From positions 1 to 64,000 of IMG/VR virus record IMGVR_UViG_3300028394_000001: 64,000 nucleotides of DNA; one strand, given 5' to 3'. Below are positions 41,883 to 47,004 of this stretch, one piece after another. Position 1 is the first letter of the stretch. Each line of letters opens with the position of its first letter. Under the pieces are notes generated by a model. That model was not told the DNA's origin. It saw nothing but the letters and a program-made list of their open reading frames with translations, and searched no databases. The DNA comes from a virus. The position numbers were made by a program, and so were the translations under genes.

Positions 41883-42320
41883 ATGAGACAAAAATTTATT
41901 GATGCGTACATGGATGTAGCAAGAAGGTTTGCACAACTATCGTCCGCAAAACGCCTACAGGTGGGTGCCATTGTTGTGAAAGATGACCGAATCATTTCTA
42001 TTGGATATAATGGAATGCCATCTGGATGGACAAATGAATGTGAAACCGTATTCTATGATGAAAATGGTGATGAAAGATTAAAAACCAAAGATGAAGTTAT
42101 CCATGCGGAAGCGAATGCGATTGCCAAATTGGCTAAGTCTTCAGAATCTGGAGATGGTGCCACAATGTTCCTAACGCACGCTCCATGTATTCATTGTGCT
42201 AAACAGATATACACAGCAGGTATCAAGAAAGTTTACTTTGGAGAACCTTACCGTGATGAATCTGGTGTTGCCTTTTTGATGAAATGTGGAGTTAGTGTTT
42301 GGTCAGATAATAATAAATAA
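41883..42320 (+). CDS. dCMP deaminase
   Basis: GYNG, HAEANAI, PCIHC. Confidence 0.9.
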   Translation: MRQKFIDAYMDVARRFAQLSSAKRLQVGAIVVKDDRIISIGYNGMPSGWTNECETVFYDENGDERLKTKDEVIHAEANAIAKLAKSSESGDGATMFLTHAPCIHCAKQIYTAGIKKVYFGEPYRDESGVAFLMKCGVSVWSDNNK

Positions 42321-42340
42321 TATGAACAAATGGGGTGCCT

Positions 42341-42859
42341 ATGTATTTGAAGATTGTTGGTTGTCCTGATGAGAACTTCAAACCTTATCTAAAAAAGGCC
42401 GCCCACTTCTTCGCTAAAAATTTGTTCTCACCGCAATTATCTCCACACATTTACGTTCTGGTTAAGTTTGATAAAACATTAGATAGTCATGGAAGTTGTG
42501 AAGTTGCTGATTATGAAACAAGTAGAAAACCTAGAGAGTTTCTAATCAACATGAAACCAGGAATTGGTGCACCAGCTTTGTTTAGAACACTGGCTCATGA
42601 AATGGTCCATGTGAAACAATTTGCATATCAACATACGAATGCTTCTTTGAGTGTTTGGCATAAGAAAGAAATTGATTCGGATAATTTAGATTACTGGTTT
42701 CATCCGTGGGAGATAGAAGCATATGGTTTGGAAACAAGCCTTGTAACAAAATTTTCAGTTGAAGAAAAGTTGTGGGAAATCTTTGAAGAATTTAAAAATC
42801 CAGAAGAACCTGCAAAATATGAAGAAATAAAGTGGAAAACTTTAGAAACCACTAAATAA
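42341..42859 (+). CDS. Zn-metallopeptidase-like protein
   Basis: LAHEMVHVKQ...PWEIEA. Confidence 0.75.
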   Translation: MYLKIVGCPDENFKPYLKKAAHFFAKNLFSPQLSPHIYVLVKFDKTLDSHGSCEVADYETSRKPREFLINMKPGIGAPALFRTLAHEMVHVKQFAYQHTNASLSVWHKKEIDSDNLDYWFHPWEIEAYGLETSLVTKFSVEEKLWEIFEEFKNPEEPAKYEEIKWKTLETTK

Positions 42860-42902
42860 GTTGTATATATAGAGTTATAGTTAAATCTTTTTTGGAGTTA
42901 TA

Positions 42903-43010
42903 GTGTCTCAGTTTCTCAAGTCCTTATCGTCAGCCTGTGAGTATCGCACACCGTTTATTGGTAGCGATAATCAACCATGGGCGCATCTAGGGGGTTGTGG
43001 AGGACGATAA
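42903..43010 (+). CDS. Putative attenuator leader peptide, 35 aa (MSQFLKSLSSACEYRTPFIGSDNQPWAHLGGCGGR)
   Basis: GGAG SD at 42894-42897, GTG start, tandem TAA TAG stops; its 3' end overlaps the antiterminator strand. Confidence 0.65.
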   Translation: MSQFLKSLSSACEYRTPFIGSDNQPWAHLGGCGGR

Positions 43011-43039
43011 TAGAGTAAGAAAACTAAATCAGAATTCAC

Positions 43040-43069
43040 AAACCTCACCCTAAAAAAGTGGGGTTTTTT
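43040..43069 (+). terminator. Intrinsic terminator (attenuator) upstream of the tRNA array
   Basis: AAACCTCAC/GTGGGGTTT stem and a T6 tract. Confidence 0.8.
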
Positions 43070-43092
43070 GTTGTTCCAATACAACAAATGTG

Positions 43093-43121
43093 TTGACAGA
43101 AGCATCGACTTCTGTTACACT
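43093..43121 (+). promoter_or_regulatory. sigma70-type promoter P1 of the tRNA array
   Basis: TTGACA-17 nt-TACACT. Confidence 0.8.
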
Positions 43122-43147
43122 AGGTTCTTCGGTTGAGAAATCAATCA

Positions 43148-43175
43148 TGTTCTTTAAAAAGTAAGTGTAATTTGT
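43148..43175 (+). promoter_or_regulatory. rrn boxA-like antitermination leader 1
   Basis: TGTTCTTTAAAAA followed by TAAGTGTAATTTGT, shared with leader 2. Confidence 0.65.
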
Positions 43176-43249
43176 TGGGGCATTGTGTAGTGATAGCACA
43201 GGAGACTTTGAATCTCTTAGTCTAGGTTTGATTCCTAGTGCCCCTGCCA
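43176..43249 (+). tRNA. tRNA-Gln(TTG)
   Basis: Loop CTTTGAA; GCCA end. Confidence 0.88.
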
Positions 43250-43391
43250 TATTGAAACATATTTTAAAATCCAGTAACTTTCTAGCACGTCCGGCCGGCA
43301 ATCTAGAAAGCAACCCGTAGAGGGGTAAGAGTCGAAAGAGTGATGGATAATCGGCGGTGAGAATCCGCAGAAAGTGTGTTTCAATATGGTA
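43245..43391 (+). ncRNA. Long-stem T-loop RNA B1 (Y RNA/YrlA-like)
   Basis: TGCCATATTGAAACATAT pairs with GTGTGTTTCAATATGGTA; internal GCGG-TGAGAAT-CCGC. Confidence 0.6.
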
Positions 43392-43438
43392 ATGTTATCT
43401 GCAGGTAGCATCCATACTGGGGAGTAATTGCCCTCAGG

Positions 43439-43518
43439 AACTCGTAGTCTTCTAGTGGTAAGAAGCCCCATTAAAGGGGTGAACACAGGTTCGATTCCTG
43501 TCTACAATGAGTTTGCTA
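43439..43518 (+). ncRNA. tRNA-like element with a truncated anticodon arm
   Basis: Canonical D and T arms; anticodon arm CCCC-ATTAAA-GGGG; bulged acceptor; ends GCTA. Confidence 0.6.
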
Positions 43519-43616
43519 TATAAGAACACATTGCATGCCTGACCGAAAAAGTCGTGGTAAACTACAAGAGAAAGAGGTTCGAATCCTCGGGACTGGTAGT
43601 GTGTTCCTATATGGTA
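43514..43616 (+). ncRNA. Long-stem T-loop RNA B2
   Basis: TGCTATATAAGAACACAT pairs with GTGTGTTCCTATATGGTA; internal GAGG-TTCGAAT-CCTC. Confidence 0.6.
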
Positions 43617-43623
43617 AAATTTA

Positions 43624-43715
43624 GGAAGATGATGCAGCTGGGATGGTCCGGCGACTAGCCTTGAAAACTAGGTTCTCAGAAATGGGATGGGGTTCGACTC
43701 CTCCGTCTTCCGCCA
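43624..43715 (+). tRNA. tRNA-Ser(TGA), 8/4 fold
   Basis: 8-bp acceptor GGAAGATG/CGTCTTCC; 4-bp T stem; loop CTTGAAA; G73. Confidence 0.82.
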
Positions 43716-43721
43716 AAAATT

Positions 43722-43808
43722 GGAGAGTGGGCTGGATGGTAAGGCACCGGATTGCTAATCCGACGCTCCGAAAGGGGCGAGTGGGTTCGACTCCCACACT
43801 CTCCGCCA
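43722..43808 (+). tRNA. tRNA-Ser(GCT)
   Basis: Loop TTGCTAA; long variable arm. Confidence 0.92.
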
Positions 43809-43813
43809 AATTT

Positions 43814-43891
43814 GTACAGATGGCCGAGCGGTCCAAGGCAACAGTCTGCAAAACTGTAAAACCGTGGGTTCAAATCCCACTCTGTACTCCA
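43814..43891 (+). tRNA. tRNA-Cys(GCA)
   Basis: Loop CTGCAAA; U73. Confidence 0.93.
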
Positions 43892-43927
43892 GTATGTTGT
43901 TTTTTTACAACAATGTACCGAAAAGTG

Positions 43928-43955
43928 TTGACAAAGTGTGTGGTTGTGTTATACT
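43928..43955 (+). promoter_or_regulatory. sigma70-type promoter P2 of the tRNA array
   Basis: TTGACA-16 nt-TATACT. Confidence 0.75.
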
Positions 43956-43965
43956 CCATGCATGA

Positions 43966-44023
43966 GTTGAGAAAGTCATCGAACTTCTCAACAAGGCTCA
44001 TTAAAAAAATAAGTGTAATTTGT
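43966..44023 (+). promoter_or_regulatory. boxB-like hairpin plus boxA-like leader 2
   Basis: GTTGAGAA...TTCTCAAC hairpin; GGCTCATTAAAAA; TAAGTGTAATTTGT. Confidence 0.6.
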
Positions 44024-44098
44024 GCTCCCGTCGTCTACTGGCTAGGACGCTGCCCTTTCAAGGCGGAGAAGACGGATCGAAACCGTTCGGGAGTACCA
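44024..44098 (+). tRNA. tRNA-Glu(TTC)
   Basis: Loop CTTTCAA; variant T loop ATCGAAA. Confidence 0.9.
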
Positions 44099-44178
44099 TA
44101 GATAAACGCATTACCTCATAAGCCTGTCGGTGAAAACTGCTGTTACGCTTTTTGAGACTGGTGTGTTTTTCTATGGTA
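44094..44178 (+). ncRNA. Long-stem RNA B3
   Basis: TACCATAGATAAACGCAT pairs with GTGTGTTTTTCTATGGTA. Confidence 0.58.
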
Positions 44179-44187
44179 GTGTTATTT

Positions 44188-44262
44188 GGGGGTATAACTT
44201 AACGGCTAAAGTAGTAGGCTTTTAACCTATTAATCAGAGTTCGATTCTCTGTGCCCCTACCA
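44188..44262 (+). tRNA. tRNA-Lys(TTT)
   Basis: GTAGG-CTTTTAA-CCTAT. Confidence 0.93.
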
Positions 44263-44270
44263 AGAATTTT

Positions 44271-44347
44271 GCCCTGGTGATGGAATTGGTATACATACTG
44301 GTCTTAGAAACCAGGTTCTGGGAGTTCAAGTCTCCCCTAGGGCACCA
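44271..44347 (+). tRNA. tRNA-Leu(TAG), short variable loop
   Basis: Loop CTTAGAA; variable region GTTCT. Confidence 0.87.
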
Positions 44348-44353
44348 AATTTA

Positions 44354-44428
44354 GGCTCGTTCATATAATGGCTATTATCGCGGATTGTCTATCCGTAGAT
44401 GGGAGTTCGATTCTCCCACGAGTCGCCA
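44354..44428 (+). tRNA. tRNA-Asp(GTC)
   Basis: Loop TTGTCTA; G73. Confidence 0.9.
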
Positions 44429-44437
44429 AGTTAGTAT

Positions 44438-44511
44438 TCTTTCGTAGCTCAATGGTAGAGCAATCGGCTGATAACCGATAGACAAAAGTTCAATTCTTTT
44501 CGAAAGAACCA
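44438..44511 (+). tRNA. tRNA-Ile(GAT)
   Basis: Loop CTGATAA. Confidence 0.9.
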
Positions 44512-44517
44512 AGATAT

Positions 44518-44603
44518 GGAGTAGACGCCTGAGAGGAAGGGCACCCGGCTGTAACCCGGAGGTCAGTAATGCTGTAGAGGTTCGAACCCTCTCTGCTCCA
44601 CCA
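44518..44603 (+). tRNA. tRNA-Tyr(GTA)
   Basis: Loop CTGTAAC; long variable arm. Confidence 0.88.
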
Positions 44604-44790
44604 ATCTCGTTACTACTTTCGTTAAAGTAGCGTTTGATTAGCGATAGAGATCCGGTGGCAGAAGACCGTTAGTGAGGAGAACCCTCTGAATCTGATAGGC
44701 AGTATTCCTCTGCACACAGACGTTAGAATAAAAGGAATGGACAGAGTAACTGCTCAATCAAGGGCTGGCGTAGAACCCAGTAGCTTGTAC
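44604..44790 (+). ncRNA. Unidentified structured RNA between tRNA-Tyr and tRNA-Ala
   Basis: Multiple hairpins; no credible ORF. Confidence 0.45.
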
Positions 44791-44796
44791 TTATTT

Positions 44797-44871
44797 GGGC
44801 TGTTAGTGCTAATGGTAACACATCTGGTTTGCAACCAGAAATTAAGAGTTCGATTCTCTTACGGTCCACCA
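44797..44871 (+). tRNA. tRNA-Ala(TGC)
   Basis: Loop TTTGCAA; G3:U70. Confidence 0.93.
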
Positions 44872-44878
44872 AGTTTTT

Positions 44879-44952
44879 GCCCTATTAGTATAATGGTATT
44901 ACACCTGTTTTGTAATCAGGTTACGGCAGTTCGATTCTGTCATGGGGCACCA
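44879..44952 (+). tRNA. tRNA-Thr(TGT)
   Basis: Loop TTTGTAA. Confidence 0.9.
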
Positions 44953-44960
44953 AGTTTTAT

Positions 44961-45026
44961 GCAGACGTTTTTTAACAATAGAGGGGTCCACCCTTTATCT
45001 ACGCGGAAACCGTAGTGTCTGCTCCA
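44961..45026 (+). ncRNA. D-armless tRNA-like RNA ending in UCCA
   Basis: Acceptor GCAGACG/TGTCTGC; central hairpin; 5-bp/7-nt T-like arm. Confidence 0.65.
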
Positions 45027-45031
45027 GTTTT

Positions 45032-45105
45032 CTCGGTATGGTGAAATGGTATCACTCATGGTTTGGGACCATGGAGCGAAGGTTCGATTCCTTCTACCGA
45101 GACCA
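45032..45105 (+). tRNA. tRNA-Pro(TGG)
   Basis: Loop TTTGGGA. Confidence 0.92.
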
Positions 45106-45110
45106 ATTTT

Positions 45111-45180
45111 TAGGATGCGTTCAGCAAATTTTATACATTGAACTTTTAATTCAAACCGTAAAAAAGCATCCTGTTGTTTT
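45111..45180 (+). ncRNA. CAGCAA-scaffold RNA A1 carrying a Lys(UUU) anticodon stem-loop mimic
   Basis: AGGATGC/GCATCCT stem; GTTCAGCAA; TTGAA-CTTTTAA-TTCAA. Confidence 0.7.
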
Positions 45181-45182
45181 AT

Positions 45183-45257
45183 TCCCTTGTAGCTCAGCGG
45201 TAGAGTAGGTGACTGTTAATCATTTGGTCCGTGGTTCGATCCCACGCAGGGGAGCCA
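45183..45257 (+). tRNA. tRNA-Asn(GTT)
   Basis: Loop CTGTTAA; G73. Confidence 0.93.
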
Positions 45258-45261
45258 GTTT

Positions 45262-45330
45262 TAGAGTAGGTTCAGCAAACATAAAGCTAACTTTTGGATG
45301 TCTAGCGACAAAAACTACTCTGTTATTTTT
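45262..45330 (+). ncRNA. CAGCAA-scaffold RNA A2
   Basis: AGAGTAG/CTACTCT stem; GTTCAGCAA; GTTATTTT tail. Confidence 0.7.
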
Positions 45331-45331
45331 A

Positions 45332-45406
45332 GGTCATATGACGTAGACGGATGCGTAGCGGTCTCATAAGCCGACGAGAGTGGCTCGGTACCACTTATGA
45401 CCACCA
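45332..45406 (+). tRNA. tRNA-CAT (Met or Ile2), atypical T loop
   Basis: Loop CTCATAA; T loop CTCGGTA. Confidence 0.8.
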
Positions 45407-45410
45407 ATTT

Positions 45411-45485
45411 CGGTCCTTAGTAAAATGGATATTACACTAGGCTACGAACTTAGGAGTGGGAGTTCGATTCTCTCAGGACCGGCCA
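45411..45485 (+). tRNA. tRNA-Arg(ACG)
   Basis: Loop CTACGAA. Confidence 0.9.
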
Positions 45486-45503
45486 ATTTTAGGAGCATTA
45501 AAT

Positions 45504-45701
45504 ATGAGTGATGGTGGTAAAGGTTCTTCACCAAGACCGTTCAGTGTCGCTGATGAAGAATATGCAAAAAGATGGGACATGATTTTTAGTCGTGACCTGG
45601 AAGAAGTGAAAGAAGTAAATATCTCGGTAGCTCAATTGGCAGAGCAGCGGCCTCCAAAGCCGAAGGTTGAGGGTTCAACTCCTTCTCGGGGTGCCAATTA
45701 A
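45504..45701 (+). CDS. Small GKGSxPRP-type phage protein; its 3' part overlaps tRNA-Trp
   Basis: AGGAG SD; MSDGGKGSSPRPFSV...RWDMIF. Confidence 0.55.
   Translation: MSDGGKGSSPRPFSVADEEYAKRWDMIFSRDLEEVKEVNISVAQLAEQRPPKPKVEGSTPSRGAN
45621..45696 (+). tRNA. tRNA-Trp(CCA)
   Basis: Loop CTCCAAA; G73. Confidence 0.92.
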
Positions 45702-45716
45702 AAAAGGTGGTGTAAT

Positions 45717-46205
45717 ATGAAAGATTTTGATATTGAAAAAGTGAAGCAATTCATTGTGAATCAAGGACCAGATACTAAAATCTATCTTGGTGCCGATTCA
45801 GAAAGATTGCGTGTTGATGGCGTATGGTATGCAGATTACGCATTAGCTGTTGTTGTTCATATTGATGGCCGCCACGGTTGTAAAATCTTTGGTTTCGTAA
45901 ACCGTGAATTAGATTACGACCACAAGAAAAGCAAACCTGCTATGCGACTGATGACAGAAGTTTATAAAGTTTCAGAATTGTTCCAAGCAATGTCTGATGT
46001 ACTTGAAGACCGCCACGTTGAAGTTCATTTGGACTTGAACAAATCAGTTGAACACGGAAGTTCTTGTGTTGTGCAGCAAGCGATTGGTTATATCAAAGGT
46101 ACATGTAATGTGACACCAATGGTTAAACCTGATGCACCTGCAGCAAGTTTCTGTGCAGATAGGTTGAAACGTATTTTGGCTGAACAAGAATTGGCCGAAG
46201 CGTAA
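45717..46205 (+). CDS. RNase H-like YkuK/DUF458-type protein
   Basis: IYLGADS, RLMTEV, EVHLDLN, KPDAPAASFCAD. Confidence 0.8.
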   Translation: MKDFDIEKVKQFIVNQGPDTKIYLGADSERLRVDGVWYADYALAVVVHIDGRHGCKIFGFVNRELDYDHKKSKPAMRLMTEVYKVSELFQAMSDVLEDRHVEVHLDLNKSVEHGSSCVVQQAIGYIKGTCNVTPMVKPDAPAASFCADRLKRILAEQELAEA

Positions 46206-46211
46206 GAAAAT

Positions 46212-46286
46212 GCGGGTATGGTGCTAGTGGTAACACAAGACCTTGCCAAGGTTTAGTTGAGAGTTCGATTCTCTCTACCCGCTCCA
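46212..46286 (+). tRNA. tRNA-Gly(GCC)
   Basis: Loop TTGCCAA; U73. Confidence 0.93.
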
Positions 46287-46308
46287 AATTCTCCAAAGTT
46301 TACTTTGG

Positions 46309-46385
46309 GGTGACTATAGTGTAACGGTTTAGCACACCACTCTGTGAAAGTGGTAGAATGGGCTCGTCTCCCATTAGTCACCCCA
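46309..46385 (+). tRNA. tRNA-His(GTG)
   Basis: G-1:C73; loop CTGTGAA; T loop CTCGTCT. Confidence 0.87.
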
Positions 46386-46395
46386 AAGTAAATTT

Positions 46396-46470
46396 GCCTT
46401 GTTAACTCAGCGGTAGAGTAACTCTTTTACACGGAGAAGGTCGGCGGTTCAATCCCGTCACAAGGTACCA
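46396..46470 (+). tRNA. tRNA-Val(TAC)
   Basis: Loop TTTACAC. Confidence 0.92.
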
Positions 46471-46519
46471 AATATCGCCTTTGTTGACGGCGTACAATGA
46501 GATAAATTGTCAACAACTT

Positions 46520-46593
46520 GCTCTTATAGTATAATGGCATTACACGTCCTTGGTAAGGATGAAACACAAGTTCAATTCTTGTTAAGAGCACCA
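46520..46593 (+). tRNA. tRNA-Thr(GGT)
   Basis: Loop TTGGTAA. Confidence 0.9.
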
Positions 46594-46599
46594 AATTTT

Positions 46600-46675
46600 G
46601 CAACTTTAGCTGATGTGGTCATAGCGGTGGTCTGAAGAACCATTGAAAGAGGTTCGATTCCTCTAGGTTGCACCA
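46600..46675 (+). tRNA. tRNA-Phe(GAA)
   Basis: Loop CTGAAGA. Confidence 0.9.
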
Positions 46676-46679
46676 ACAT

Positions 46680-46771
46680 GCCAGCGAGACTGGGTAGTCA
46701 GAGAGGCCTTATACACCTTTTAGCGCCAGATTAGCGTTCTTGAGTGAGTTCGAATCTCACCGCTGGTACCA
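46680..46771 (+). tRNA. Non-canonical tRNA with a TAT anticodon (nominally Ile), 4-nt D loop and long variable arm
   Basis: GCCAGCG/CGCTGGT acceptor; GACT-GGGT-AGTC; loop CTTATAC; GTGAG-TTCGAAT-CTCAC; ACCA. Confidence 0.7.
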
Positions 46772-46778
46772 AATTTAT

Positions 46779-46856
46779 GCCCCCGTGGACAAATTGGCAA
46801 AGTCACTTCTCTCAAAAGGAAGAATTCTCTCGGTTCAACTCCGAGCGGGGGTACCA
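46779..46856 (+). tRNA. tRNA-Leu(CAA), short variable loop
   Basis: Loop CTCAAAA; variable region AATTCT. Confidence 0.85.
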
Positions 46857-46857
46857 T

Positions 46858-46932
46858 CTCTCTATAGTTCAATGGATAGAACACGTTCCTCCTAAGAATG
46901 AGATGCAGGTTCGATTCCTGCTGGAGAGACCA
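46858..46932 (+). tRNA. tRNA-Arg(CCT)
   Basis: Loop CTCCTAA. Confidence 0.92.
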
Positions 46933-46956
46933 AAACGGTATATTTTTTAAAAGGGC

Positions 46957-46985
46957 TTGACAAATTACACTTATTTTGATAGAAT
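46957..46985 (+). promoter_or_regulatory. sigma70-type promoter for the A3-A4-TROVE/vWA unit
   Basis: TTGACA-17 nt-TAGAAT. Confidence 0.8.
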
Positions 46986-47004
46986 ACGTTCATTGTTAGA
47001 TTTT

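Noticed and set aside
43439-43518. Ochre (TTA) suppressor tRNA or genetic-code reassignment
   Set aside because: The anticodon arm is truncated, lacks U33 geometry and has no CCA; core genes end normally at TAA/TGA under the standard code.
43624-43715. Selenocysteine tRNA
   Set aside because: The anticodon is TGA rather than TCA, and the T stem is 4 bp.
44604-44790. tmRNA, RNase P RNA or hammerhead ribozyme
   Set aside because: No tRNA-Ala-like termini or tag ORF, no RNase P core motif, and no complete CUGAUGA/GAAA core seen.
45111-45180. preQ1-I riboswitch identity for the CAGCAA elements
   Set aside because: The resemblance (GTTC, A run) is superficial: the A run lies inside the closing stem, and two copies precede tRNAs rather than genes.
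43050-46950. ORFs such as 43643..44101, 44737..45015, 44942..45208 and 46744..46950
   Set aside because: They are translations of tRNA genes.
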